From: Octopus bimaculoides
Taxonomy: Eukaryota
DNA: 64,000 nt
Direction of reading: 5' to 3'
NCBI RefSeq assembly: GCF_001194135.2
Contig: NC_068990.1
Span: forward strand, 5,353,768-5,417,767
Shown here: piece by piece, positions 48,861-62,806 of the stretch
Position numbering within the stretch: the stretch's first letter is position 1
How the letters are laid out: each line of letters begins with the position of its first letter
Translations under genes and position numbers: made by a program
The notes under the pieces: generated by a model
Seen by the model: the letters and a program-made list of their open reading frames with translations, nothing else
Database searches by the model: none
What the model was told of the DNA's origin: nothing

Positions 48861-50969
48861 GCTGTTAGCTCTGATTCAACAGGCAATAACTACACCATAA
48901 AATTCAACTAAATTTCCTGCTTGATGACACCAAAGTCATGTTGAACACATGACCACATCAACTAGCAACAGAAACATTGCACCATTAATGTTAGCTTTGC
49001 CAAAACCCAAGGAAAAAATGATTCTATGATATTGATATTATTTTAATGAGATCTTAACTTGGGTTTTGATTCATTTCAATTCTATGCAAGGAAAATATTC
49101 CCCATGTGAAAAAATTTGAATAAGAAAAGTTTTTATATCCGAAGGTAGCATTTCAGTTTGGCCTACGATGTGATATGATTAAAACAAGCTAAAAAACTAA
49201 AACATATATTACTAAATACACATATTTTTAGAATTATACATTTTGAGCAAATGCCTTTAGGAAACATTTCAAAATGTTGAAAGGGTAACAAAAGAAAATT
49301 CATATTAGAAGAAACCATTTCTATGTCAACATGAACATTCTGCTTTGGATATGATGTGGTTCATTGTATGTTTGAATTGCTTTTAAGTTTTGAAATTTTG
49401 TTTAGCTTCCTTTTAGTTTTCTTGAAGCTTTTTTCTTTTGAGGCTGTCAAGTATTTCTCTGTAGTTTTGCATGCATTTTATATTTTGGGTAATGGATGTT
49501 GAGGTGGTTAAATCACTTCACTTCATAATTAAAAATTATTAAGGCATCATAATGTAGATAAGGGACATCTAAAAACAAACATACTATTTACTTTTAAAAA
49601 TAATCTATGATTCTACCAAAATGTTTGCCATATTTTTTTGAGGTTTTCAAATTAGATGCAGACCTTCAAATGCTTGGATTACACAAAAATGTATTGTTTT
49701 TATGAATGATTAATCTTCTTTAAGTCTAAACAGTATTATCTAGTGCCAAAGTGTTGTGCATTACATTAGAATGCTCTACATATTTCTTTCCTCAGAATAA
49801 ATCTATATAGCATTAATTCATTTATTACTTGTTGAAAGTACATCGTATCACCACATAAGTAATCTTTATTTTGAGAAGATACAGAAGCTGAAATATTTCC
49901 CTTAGTAAAGTGTTGTTCCCAAAAAATAGCATTTCTATTTGCAACACATCGATTTGGGATTTGAAAACTAAGAAATAAATTATAGAGTTATTGTATTTGA
50001 AATAGCTACAATATGACAACCTGGGGTAGGAAATAAGAACATACAAGTTTTCATATTATTATTTCTTGTGTCATTATGTCAGATGTGTGGCTATGTGGTT
50101 AAAAAGCTTGCTTTGCAAACACATAGTTTCAGGTTAAGTGGCTTTTTTTAAACAGTAGCTCATAGCTGACCAGTATAAGAGTCAATGGAGGAAAACTGTA
50201 AGAAGCCCATTATATGTGAATGTGTGTGTGTGTGTGTGTGCACATACAGAGGTGTGTGTGCATGTATGCATGCTAATTTATGTCCCATGCTTGACTCTAC
50301 TTAAGTGAAATAATATGGTCTCCTTGTGCTTTCATGACCAGCAGAATAAAAATATCCCTTATTTGGAAAAGAGGTAAGGGTTGACAACAGAAAACATACA
50401 AACTGTAAAATCCTACTTTAAATCAACCTAAAGCCATCCTAACATGGATATCTACCATATTTCTGTTAACTTATGCTGTCTTTGTTTCAATTAAATTTTA
50501 AAATAATGAAGAATGTAGTAAAATAACTTTCTAATTATTGAGCTGGAGACAGGAACAATTTAGCATAGAATTTTGATAGAAGATTATAATTTAAATGACT
50601 TTGAAACAGTAAGTTTATGTCATAGAACTTGTGGTGGTCCCAGGTGACTGATACGAAAAGGGTTGAATAGTACCAATATGTTCTGGAATCAAGTTTCACT
50701 AAGATCAGCTTACCTTTCACCTTTTAAGGTTTAATAAAACAAGTAACATTCAACTACTTAAGTTATATAACTTACAGTGCTGCTTCCTACACACTTGTGG
50801 CATTATAGCATTATTTAAATTGTTTATATTTTCAGAAGAGGCACCAAAGAAGAATTGTTTAATCTAACTACAAAAATCAGTATACACTGAGAACGTTTGG
50901 ATCTTTTCAGAGTGAAACATAATTTATGTTTCTAACTCAATGTTACTATATTTTTAGTTACACAGAACA

Positions 50970-51250
50970 AACATGGCTGTATGGTTAAGAACTTCCTTCC
51001 CAACTATGTGATTTTGGGCTTAGTCCCATTGTGTAACACTTTGGGAAATGTCTTCAAACCTGAATTTAGTATGCAGAAACTGAAAGAAGCATAGCTTATA
51101 TATTACATATATATAATACATATGATAGAATAAGTACCTGGCTCTTAAAAATAATGCTGGGGATGATTTGTTTGGTTAAACGCTTCAAGGCAGTGCTCCA
51201 GCATGGCTGCAGTCCAGTGACTGAAACAAGTAAAATATAAATGTTAAAAG
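50970..51250 (+). mobile_element. SINE family B, CpG-depleted copy
   Basis: catggctgtatggttaagaacttccttcccaactatgtg...gtgctccagcatggctgcagtccagtgactgaaacaag; other B pieces at about 39680-39780 and 50085-50220. Confidence 0.7.
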
Positions 51251-52347
51251 ATAAGAGATGAAGCTAAAACATATGGAATCTATTCTGCAGTCTTATAACA
51301 AAAAGCTGTGTAAGGAATTTTTGCAAGTATTAATGACTGGAGGTATTGTGTTTTACTAAACTGCTCTAAAAGTTCTGCGAAGATCACATATTCTAATTAG
51401 AAGCATTATTATGAAACGTTCCTTGATTTATCAGTCACATTGGCTGGTTATATGTCATATGAGAAGAAAATTTATTGATGCGTTGCTTTTCTTATCTGTT
51501 CTATTTGACTACAGGAAATACATTCTGATGCACATTGCATTAATATTCAATAAGCCTCCTATTTGCGCCTGCATCTAAGAAATCTTTTCAAAACACTTGT
51601 GCGTACAACTGATGGCTGGATATTTCTCCTTGAATTTAATGTTAGTAAAATCTCTGCATAAAATCTACCAACCACATCAGTTGCTAGTGTCATTGATGTG
51701 TCACACAAATCACGAAAGAGTGAAATAACTCTGTAATACTTTATTGCTTTTGTGCTTTGTGTTCAACATTAAGCTTATCTCCGAAACATGATATGCTGAA
51801 ATAATTGTATTGTTTGTTATATGCAATGAAGCTCGACAAACCTCAATTATTTGTTGAGTTCTGAGAAGAATTATAGTTTGCAAGCACGTAGATTCTATCT
51901 TGTCGGTGATATAATGTTTTGTTTATATTTTCTTATTCTTCTTGTAATTTTTAACTTTGATTCTGTTATGGTGATCCCTCAGTAATTTGATTCAAAACTA
52001 AAGAAGACAGCATACATTCTTGTGTTGGTGTATTCACTTACATTTTTAAAATGCTTTCCTCTACTTTGCTATTACTTCTTAGCTTTCCTTTCTCTCTTAC
52101 ACTTATTCTTTCTCTAGCTTTCTATATATTGATATAATTTTCTGCTGAGAGATAAATTCTTGAGTATGATTTATATATGTGTATATGGTTATGAACCTTT
52201 GTCTCTCATCCTTTCTGTTCTCTGTCTTTCTCTTTCTCTTACTTATGGTTTATATTTCTAAGGGCTTCTCATATTGTATCTCCAGTATAGTGATATTGGT
52301 ATTTAAACTGAAGTTAGTAAAAAAGAGATGCTAGAATAAATTTGAAA

Positions 52348-52351
<4 letters not shown>

Positions 52352-52401
<50 letters not shown>
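52352..52401. repeat. (GA)n microsatellite
   Basis: Directly visible. Confidence 0.97.
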
Positions 52402-52403
<2 letters not shown>

Positions 52404-54167
52404 CAGAGAGTGAAACAGAAAATGAAAATTCAAATCAAAAGATTTGTAGATATTTTAAATAAAGGCAAGTAAAATATTTTATATGAAGGCTAGAGAAACA
52501 AAAATTAAAGAATACAGAAAATCATATGGACATTGATACAGAAATGGAGAAACATTTAGAGAAAGAGATAAGAAATAGCGTTAATGAGATTAAAGATAGT
52601 TAATCTGAGAAGAGAAAACAGCTATGTTTTTACACATTTATCCTCTTTTATACAGTAATATCTCTGTACTTCTGTATCTGTCTGTTGTCTTGCGTTTACT
52701 AGTTGTGCTCTTTAGCTTTTAGTCTATTCATTTATTCATTCATATAACGCTCGGGAATTGAAATGTCTTTAACATTTCGAGCCTACGCTCTTCCACAGAA
52801 AGGAACACAGAAAGAAACAAGGAGAGAAAAAAAATGTGTGTAGTGGTTAGTGATCTATCATGGTGAATGGGAGAAGAAAATCAAAACAAAGAAAGAAAAG
52901 AGGAAGATGGAACAAATAGAGAGAAAGTGGGGAGAAAGGGAGAAGAGAAGGTGAAAGGAGAAAAGCCAGGATGACTGATGGTCTTCAATAAACAACTTGT
53001 GCCTCAGAGGGTAACCATCTAGGTGCAATCCCATGGTCATTCATGACTAAATGGGGTCTTTACCCTTTACCACATATATACATATATAATTGGCAAATTA
53101 CAAAATGTAAGGCTTTACAATACAAGTAGCTTCAAACATGGCCCTTAATACGCAGAAATTTAAAAACAGAAACATCCTTATTCTTCAATGCTATAAATAT
53201 CAAATTATGAGTAAGCTTTCCTTTACAATATAATGAATTATTAACATGACTATTGAAATAGAACAAATACAAGTTTTTCTCAAAAATGGAAGCAAGTAAA
53301 ATTCTAAATACACATTTATATATTAATAAATGCTTTGGCAATGGTTGCCAATCCTCTTGTAAAATAATTTTGAATGTGTCAAAGATGTAATATATTTGAC
53401 CTCCACAGAGAATTAGCAGTAACTTTTGTAATATATACGCATAAATAAAGAAAGCAAAACCTTTTGTAAAATACACTGCAATACATGAAAACATTTTGTA
53501 AATGTCATTGTAAAATTGAATTTTTAATTTAGGAATATATTCTTCTTTTTTTCCATCTAAATTATATTTATATATAATTTTATAATCAAATGGGAAATTA
53601 ACATTTTCTCTTTCTAGAAATTGAATTATATAATGAAAAAAGAAACTACAGTAATTTCCTCTGAAATTTACTTAAAAAGAACTAGGATCCCTAAGGATTC
53701 TGCCTTCAAAAGTTAGGAAAATATAAATATCTTTGCTTGAAGATTTTCAATATCTCAATGACAGAGGCAGGGAAAATATGTGAAATTTATACACAGTATT
53801 TTTGAAAAATTTGATCAACAGAAAGTTTCAGGTTTTATTGTGAAAACTGGGTGGGTAAAATTTGGTTTCTAATTCAAATATGAAAGAGATGAAGGATGGT
53901 CAGGTAGACAGTCAATGTCAAGTAACCACAACAGGACTAACCTTTTTTATTCCAACCATCTTGTTGATATCACTGGTTATATAAAAGAAACTTCCTGTAT
54001 TTTAGTGGGCTAAGTTAAATTTTCATGCATCAAATTTTCTTGCTTCAGCTTTGTAATTCTTTCTACTATAGGCACAAGGCCTAAAATGTTGGTCGGGTGG
54101 TGCTATATATATATAGGCACAATTCAACTTTGTAATTATATGGGCACAAAGGGGGGAGGGGATGGGT

Positions 54168-54202
54168 AGAAGAAGAAGAAGAAGAAGAAGAAGAAGAAGA
54201 AG
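54168..54202. repeat. (AGA)n microsatellite
   Basis: Directly visible; source of the poly-Arg ORF start. Confidence 0.97.
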
Positions 54203-55009
54203 ATTAGCAGCAGCTGCAACAATAACAGCAACAACAGTAGGCTCAATTGCCTCATTTTTACCTATCAGACAAAGTATGCTGTATTTGCAGCGTGAAGAGC
54301 ATCAACTGGAAAATTCATCGTTCCAAAAAAGAAAAAAAAATTCTCTGCTAACCGAATGAAAATGGACATAAAGCATCAAAGAGAAAGTGCAGAAGGGCCT
54401 AAATCAAACAAGATCACACAACTGCACCGTTAGCTTAGTTTATCTAGCTGCATTTTGAATTCAAACATTGTTTGAGTGAGCGTTTATCCCTTATCCATCC
54501 AGAGTAGATAAAAAAAATATCAGTAATATACTGTATTGATTTATCTAAATATACCAAAATCTCCATGAAAACTGGTGCATTCTTGAAGTAAGAAATCAAT
54601 AATTATTGATATCTGATGGATACTCTGATAAAACCTCTCTGTTAAAAAAAAAGTATGTTGTGGACAATTTTAAAGTAAATTATATAACGCTTTTCTTATA
54701 TTTCCACTCAAAAAAAAAACTGATTTTCTTTTGAAACTACCTTTAGTTATGGTTGATTGATTCAATTGACTATTCAATCGTAACAAAATTCCATTTTCAT
54801 AATCAACTAAAATATCAGCTACATTAGCAGCATGCAATCACCATCATCAGCATCATCATCATCATCATCATCATCATCATAACCATCATCATCATCATTA
54901 TCATCATCATCATCATCATTATCATCATCACAATTATCATCATCATTTGCTGCTGCTGCTGCTGCTATGACCTCTTAGAGTAGGTAACTCTTCTGAGCTC
55001 TCTGCAGAT

Positions 55010-55103
55010 TCATTCAAATGAGTTCGTTTTCCAGCTTTTGAGACATTGCAGACATTGCCATTGGCCTCTCACAACTGTTTCACGATGAAACGTAACCAGT
55101 TCT
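55010..55103 (-). CDS. Candidate exon behind a strong minus-strand acceptor
   Basis: tttactttgctttgttttcttcctcgctttcAG/AGAACTGG; longest frame ELVTFHRETVVRGQWQCLQCLKSWKTNSFE*; local CpG cluster. No homology recognised. Confidence 0.2.
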
Positions 55104-57659
55104 CTGAAAGCGAGGAAGAAAACAAAGCAAAGTAAACATCTGTACATGTCGAATACTTTATTCAACTTAAAAAGATGAAAGACAAAGATGGCCTTAGCAG
55201 GATTTGAATTCTGAGAATCACAACAAATATTACAAGGTTTTGTATACAACACTCCAATGAGACACAGCTATATATATATATATGTACACACACACATACA
55301 CACACGTAAATGTTGAACAATGAACATGAGTGCTCAACAAAGCATTGGTGGATAAAAAGGCTACCATTGGTGTCATGTAAAAAATATCTTGACAATTATT
55401 GAAGCCAATCATAAAGAAAAATTGTTGAGGTATTTCTTAACATGAAACCAATGGTAGCCTTAATACACTAATATATATATATATGATAGGCTTGACAGGG
55501 CATATAGTATACAGCTCCATTACACTATTCCTATTTTAGTATATATTTTTCAATGGTATTTGGCATAGCTCCAAGTGCATTCAATACAAGTAGAAAGAAA
55601 TTTCTAAAAAGGCAATTAAACTTGAAATTATTAATAGTTTTTATAACAAAAGTGATTTTTGTTTATTTATGTCATGTCTGATAAATAGTGATAAAGCATA
55701 ATGCAGAATTTTATAAACTATGATAGTAATATCTAAACTTTAGCATATGCCTACTGATTTTGAAGGATGGTATAATCAACAAAATCAACTGGTATTTTGC
55801 TGTTGCAGTGGTTGTTTTCATAGTTGAATCTAAGATCAGCCCTGGTTTAGTGGACCTGCAATCATAGCCATTTCAGCTGCAATTATTCAATTTTTGTTTA
55901 AGATACCTTTTTGGTTTTGTGGTACTTTGGGAAGAAAAAATTACTGGTGTCTGTTGGATGGAAATTTTTTAAAAAAATGTTTTAAAGTTAAAACTTTAAA
56001 GAAAGTAGAAAACCATTTTCATCTTTTGTTGTTTATATGTTTTAGTCATTGAACTGCAGTCATACTGGAGCAGTGTCTTGAATAGTTTTAGCTGAACAGA
56101 TCAATCCCAGCACTTATCTTTTAAGTCTGGTATTTCTTCTATTGGTCTCTTTTGCTGAACCAATAAGGGATGTAAACACTGTACATATTTCTCCTTCCAT
56201 TTTCAAGTTGATGTAATGTGACCTGAAAGAAGACATAACTGCTATTTCTTGCAGGTAGAACCACAGCATAGAAGTTCCCTTGTTAACTTAACTGTTACTT
56301 ATATCATCAACCCTTGAGGGACAAAAAACAAGGTCAATTGCAGCAGGACTTGACTTTGGAACATAAAGAGATGTAACTGGCTGTCTATCGTAAACAATAT
56401 TCACCAACATTATTCTATTTCTGCCATAGAATGCCCAAGGTATTACTTTAATAGCAAAGGATAGAGAAAAACAAATAAGATAACTCTGAACTCTGTGCTT
56501 ATGTCTGTCTGGATTCTATATTGAGATCATTTCATTTCTCATACGAATCAAAATTACAATTCGTTTGTTTGTTGTTCATTTACTTTAACATACAGGCTGA
56601 ATGGAAAAAAATTATTCTTGGGAAAGGAATGAAAGTTATATTCTATATTGATAGAATAGAGATGAAAATGAAATGTAATTAAGTAACTGGATCAAACGTT
56701 GTTACTGTATCAACCATTTAGATAACAAAAAATAAATAAATAAAACATAAAACTGAATAAATGAAATAAAATAAAATCGATATGTTTACAACAGACAAAA
56801 GAACAGAAGGTTGAATATTTTGAGTGAGGGAACTGCCATGTTTGACAGATCCCAGTATTTGATGGGCAACTATTTTACTGATCTGGAGAAGTTTAAAGGC
56901 AAAGTCGATTGCGTGAAAAGCGGTGACATTTGTTTACGTTAACTTAGCTAAAAGGCAATACTAATCTAGACAATATTCTCTTGGCTATCTATTTCAAATA
57001 CTTAGTATCCATTAGTCCCCATTATAAATACTTGGCAAGCAAACTATATCGAATGACAGAGCATGACCCTCAATAATTCCACAATGGTGAGAGTGACAGT
57101 AAATGCCATGGACACTGCTCTTCCTCTAATGAAGAAAAAAAATGAAGTTTACTAAAGCAAGGAATAAACAAAAAGCTACGTGAGACATAAGGCAATGTCC
57201 CATTATATAATACATAACAATTTCATGATGAGCTTCGCGTTCATAGAAGAGCGCATGCTCCAAAAAGGAACATATCAGGTAACAAGCAAAATATTATATA
57301 TCATTTTACTTGTTTCATTCATTGGGCAGAAGCCATGCAAGGGCACTGCTTTGAAGGGTTTAGTCAAACATATTAACCCCAGAACTTATTCGTTTTGAGT
57401 CTGTAACTTATCCTGAACCACTAAGTAAAGTAAAGCCAGTGCAAGGTTTCCAATACGTGAGAGGGGTATAATCAATTTAATGGCTTCCAGCTCTTGCTTA
57501 CAACTTCTTTTATCAACTTTCAGCAGGATAAAAGGCAGTCAACTCTGGTGCTATTTCAACACAGAAAGCAAAGACACGCATCTACTTACAACGATGAGTT
57601 TTTCCCAACACTTGTCTGTTTCTGCTAAAGCAACGCCTTCATCTAAGTATAAATATTGG

Positions 57660-57850
57660 TTTTAAAGTTTGGCACAAGACCAGTAGTTTAGGGGAAGGGG
57701 GTTATCTATTACTTCGACTTCAGTGTTCGATCCCGAAAGAATAAAAAAAATTAAGTCGACCTCAGCAGAATTTGAACTCAGAACGTACAGATTGACGAAA
57801 TGCCGCTTAGTTTTTAACCTGGTGTGCTAATGGTTTTGTCAACTCGCCGC
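57660..57850 (-). mobile_element. SINE family A, CpG-retaining copy
   Basis: gtcgacctcagcagaatttgaactcagaacgtacagattgacgaaatgccgcttag...caactcgccgcc; another minus copy at about 58690-58862. Confidence 0.82.
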
Positions 57851-59159
57851 CCTCGTCTTATCTATAAATATTAATGTATATTACATCTATAACGTAGATG
57901 TTGATAGTCTGTAAAATTATAATTTCATACACAAAAATCATCTCAGACATTTAAACATTTGATCTATTTTCTCTTCATACTTTGATTATCGCTAAGCCAC
58001 GTGTACGATTACAGATATTCTTCTTCTCCTTTATTGATAACGTTCATTACAAGTAATAAATGTCAACCGTTACAACCAGCCATCTGCTCATATATCTGGT
58101 ATAACGTGCTGAAGACGATTCAGTCCAAATTATCAAGATCCAGTGAGATAGTGCTAAACTCCAGTATTGTGATGTTAAACAGATGAGAGATAAATCTCCC
58201 GTGTATTATAGGATGCTGGACGATTGTAAGTCGTTTTATTCATGATATAAATTAAGCTTAGCGATAAAGGCCATTGAACTGCTTACTAATTCCACAGTTG
58301 TGATACTGTTTATACAGTTGAACTATCTTGCTTAGAGTCAAATATACCGATTTATTAAAAGTTAGGTGCCTTAACTATGGATACTATGTAGAATATAAAC
58401 AGTCAGCCCTTCGATATCTTTCTTAGGTTTTCCAAGCTTCTTATACAGGATAGCATTCCGCCATGACCGAGCATGGGTTGCAGTACTCGTTGAGCTCATT
58501 ACTAAAGTACAGATCGTGGTAAATATTTTATGGAAAATTAGCAGTTTACATTGCGAGTCTCAAGTTTTCCATCTCTTCGTCACTGACATGTACCAAGGGA
58601 ACAGTGAGATTGACACAGCTTATCCGTAGTGTTATCACAGATATTGACATCAAAATATAAAGAGCTGGAACAGAAACTGCAAAGTGTCCCATCCAAGGCT
58701 GTAACAGGTGCACCAATCCACTGCACTTGTTGGGTATTTTTTTATCGACACCTAAAAGACGAACGGCAAACTGGATCTTGATGGGTAAGAGATTTGCACT
58801 TAGACTGCAGAGAGACGAAGCAAATAAAGTGAGGCATTCTATCTGATGCTCTGTCAACTCTCCATAGTCACTATCTACGAGACGTCTAATAACTCAATAG
58901 GTTCACATCTTCAACAGATCACCAACTTACAGTTATGCACATCCTCTTTTCTCAGAATTTCTGAAAAGAAAATGAAAATACTAAGCGATATGTACTATTT
59001 TTCTTTTCCTCTAATTAATAAAGCATTAAAGTTCAGCGAATATCTGTACATTAATCGAGGCTCTGGCTTCGGCCGAGGACCGAACATGTTTCAACAGTTC
59101 CTTTCTTATTTGAGAAGGTTACTTACAAGATTTTGTGATTCTGTTTTGTATGTAATCAT

Positions 59160-59220
<61 letters not shown>

Positions 59221-59644
59221 AGCTTTAGCCAAGTGATGGCACACACCCTCATTCCCTGCTGAAGTTGGCAGCTGCAAATTTCCAGTAAGATCGGTGTGCT
59301 ATTATCTGCAGAAGTTTAATGTGGAACCCAGACATTTGAAGAAATCCACCGAGAAGATAGGCATGGCAGCTGAAACCAGCCCAAGGGTGGCTATGGTCAA
59401 CACGAGGTCACAAGTGGAACCCTTCCGCAGGCAAAGATTACTCCAGGTCTTACTGTCCCACTCAGGCGATGCACACGGGTTAAGGACCGAAATATTTGTG
59501 ACCCTGAGATGCCTGCTGATGATACGGAAGGGTTTCTGATATGGGGATAGATTCAGAAGAAGAGCTAGTAATACCCCCGAGAGGTTCCTGCGTGGGGCAA
59601 AACATCTCTCACGTTTATTTCACCTTTAATTATTACCATGTATT

Positions 59645-59910
59645 TTTGGAATGGATCTCGAAGCACACATACATCTATAAATAATAGCATGTAAGTATTA
59701 GGTTGAAAAACCCTCTCTGGATAAAAAAAAAAGTCTGGCTGCCTGTGAGACTCGGATTCACGTCTGTAGAACGTTTGTTATGTCTACAGGAGATGTGAGT
59801 TCTAATCCCACGGGCAGCCCCCGACTTTTTATACCCAAAAGGTGTTTTTCAATTCAATATTTACATGCTACTATTCATAACCTTATTTGTGTTTCGAGAG
59901 CCATTCCAAA
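59645..59910. repeat. Fold-back element, about 125-bp arms, with tRNA-like T-arm motifs at the centre
   Basis: Arms align from tttggaatggatctcgaa / ttcgagagccattccaaa inward through atagcatgtaa, ttgaaaaa, aaaaagtc and ggctgcc to tgtaga / tctaca. Confidence 0.85.
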
Positions 59911-61329
59911 GGAGAATTATTTCATGTTCTGTAAAAAGTTTATAAATTCTTATCACGTCAATGACCATTTATATTTTGGCAAACTCTACTTGACTTTACC
60001 TCCCCGTTGCCTTCTTGCCATAATACTAATAGAGGACTGAGTGAATTCGATTGATGAATATTTTTCTCTACAAATGTGTAAGACTTGTGCCCATTAGAAG
60101 ATAATCAATATTTACAGCTTTTAATGATATTTATGAGTGATAAGATTAATCAGTTGGTCATTACCCAAATTAATAAACCTCGTTATTTAGATGTGATATT
60201 TATCACCTCCCATTCGTTCTATCACTTTCATATTCTTAAACCTGGCCTTAACAGCAGTTAAAAGAACTACGCGTTTACAGAACCATCAAATCTTAATTCA
60301 CAAATGCTAAGACACGTAAATCCAAATACCCAGTATGCAGCAATTTAACTGCGAAAATAAATATAGTTTCTTTTTCTTTATTGTTTTATCCATTAGATTA
60401 TTTGCAAGAAAGTATATAAACTAACCAAGAAACAAATATTTGGGGAAAAATAAGAACTACTTAGCGCAACCCAAATATTCTATAGAAAGAAAAAATCCAA
60501 GATACATACAGGATGCATACGTACGAACATATAAGCAAACAGCCACACAGACACATCCATATAATTATATATATATATGTATGTATGTATGTATGAATGT
60601 ATGTATGTATGTATGTATGTATGTATGCATATACGTATATATGTATATATAAAATGTGTATATAATCTATAATATACGTTTGTATGTGTATATGTCTAAT
60701 ATACACAACTTTTCATCTTTCTCATAAATACATGCATATATATGTGTGTGTGTAGGTAGGTAGTTATGCATGCATATAAAGATGGATATATATATATATA
60801 CACATTCATACACATGCGTTGCATACATACATACAATTATGTTATGAAAAACGACATTTATCCAAGACGAAAACAGAATCCAATATTCAGATATAATTAA
60901 CTGACACTAAATCAAGTTGTTGAATCAATACCAAGGGAACTGCAAAATCGTTCGAGTCTGATAAAATGATATTTCTTGAATAATGTATGACTATAGGGTT
61001 GAACCATTCATTATCCAGAAGGTATTTGGGAACAAAATAAATTGCTACTTTTTCATAGATGCAAGAGAAACTTCTACTCATTTAGTCAATTACTCAATTA
61101 GAAATTTTGTAAAAGAGGTTGAAAGTTGATTGAATTATATTTGTGATATCTTCTGGTTCCGTTCTGCTACTTACTGAGTTCAAAATCTATTGAGGTAAAT
61201 ATTAAAATGTGTACCAGTTGTGCACTGCGCTAATTTTGATTGAATATATCCTTTCTCTTCCACATTAGCGATCTCGTTTAATGGCAGTCTCTCGAGGCCA
61301 AGAAAGACAGTTCTGGAATTTTGTGCAGT

Positions 61330-61560
61330 TGATTTGTTTCCAGTGACCAAACATTTGTGTTGCACGTAAGTTCACTTCTCCATCAAATCGACACGACCTG
61401 TACAGATACACGGTGTAGTGTGTCACCCGTCAGAAGTGATCGCAGAACAGCGTGAGATGAAGTGTTTTGCTCAAGAAAACAACGTGCCGCCTGGTCCAAG
61501 AATTGTATTCACAATCTCATGATCAAAAGTGTAACACCCTAAACACTACACTACGCACCC
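61330..61560 (-). mobile_element. CORE-type SINE
   Basis: gaagtgttttgctcaagaaaacaacg...acaatctcatgatc...ccctaaacactacactacgcacc parallels 41700-41830. Confidence 0.65.
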
Positions 61561-61734
61561 ACACAGGAACATCATACAAAATAATAAGTCTATCCTGTAA
61601 TTATTTTATATCGGAACGGGTAAATAATACTGGCTTTAGTTACTGATTCCAGCAGACCAATCACTGACATCAACGAGACAAGGAAGTGTGACTTTCTCAT
61701 CTGATTTCTCACCGATGTTATTGAAGAAAGATAT

Positions 61735-62090
61735 ACTGAGTGGCTCCATAGTAAGAAGTTTGCTTCTCAACCACATGGTTCCGGGTTCAATCCCACTGCG
61801 TGGCACCTTGAACGTGTGTCTTTTACTATAGCCTCAGGCCGACCGAAGCCTTGTCAGTGGATTTGGTTGACGCAAACTGAAACACGTTGAGTGTGTGTGT
61901 GTGTCCATCATCGCTTGACAACCGATGTTGATGTGTTTACGTCCCAGTCACTTAGCGGTTCGGCCTAAGTGACCGATACAATAAGTACAAAACTTAAAAA
62001 CGTAAGTACCGGGTTCGATTTATTCGACTAAAAAATTGAAGGCGGTGCCCCAACATGACCTCAGTCTAATGACGGAAACAACCAAAAGAA
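61735..62090 (+). mobile_element. SINE family B, near full length, CpG-retaining
   Basis: gtaagaagtttgcttctcaaccacatggttccgggttcaatcccactgcgtggcaccttg...catcgcttgacaaccgatg...ggcggtgccccaacatg. Confidence 0.85.
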
Positions 62091-62665
62091 TAGAATCCCA
62101 TACATACATACAAACATGCACATACATACTAACATGCACTCACAAAGGCGTAGCAAAGGGAAGATAGTGAAAAGGCGGACATCCTCAGAGGCATTGTGAA
62201 AAAGCGCAAAATTTCCTCTTGTTTTTTATGCCCAATTGTTAAATTTGTCTTTGCTCTCTGGCTCTAAGAACTCTCACTATTCTAAGTCATTGAGCCAGAA
62301 TATTCTTGCCCAATGTATCAAATAGTGGAATCACCAGACGTATTTATGAAGTGAAATTCTTGACCACGCAACCATGCTTGTGCCGTTAGACGACATAGGG
62401 TAGCATGGCCGTGTTTTGGGAATGTGGAATAGAGGCATATTATAAGATAATTGTTGACGTTGTGTATCCTTAGGAAACACTGCTTGAATGGATGCTTAGT
62501 ACAGCCTCTAGATCTAGCACCCGGTATAAGTAATTATACAAGACCGAGCGTATTTAGCTAGGGATCAAAGTACAGCATAAGATCAACATTTCAACTACTG
62601 CTGTCCTGTTTTTACTATGACACACGAATACTCAAGATTAGGGAGTTACAACATATGGTCTTCAT

Positions 62666-62806
62666 TTTGAAGATATGGCTTTATTGAATTACATTATTTA
62701 CATTTAACGCATGTTTGTCCTCAATTTGTTTGTTGTTAACAACAAACATGTTGAGGACAAACATCCGTCAAATGTAAATAATGTACATAATTCCTCATCT
62801 CTTCAA
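62666..62806. repeat. Loop-less imperfect palindrome centred on GTTAAC
   Basis: acattatttacatttaacgcatgtttgtcctcaa...tgttgtt/aacaaca...ttgaggacaaacatccgtcaaatgtaaataatgt. Confidence 0.88.

Noticed and set aside
50560-50610. IEDYNLNDFET before a GTAAGT donor, reminiscent of an AGC-kinase N-terminus
   Set aside because: Weak acceptor, and no downstream GxGxxG or other kinase exon found in the window.
53132-53494. 120-aa minus-strand ORF
   Set aside because: F/I/L/K/Y-rich composition typical of chance ORFs in AT-rich DNA; no motif or splice support.
59560-59600. HDV-like ribozyme suggested by ggttcctgcgtgggg
   Set aside because: I could not build complementary P3 and P1 helices around the putative L3 on either strand.
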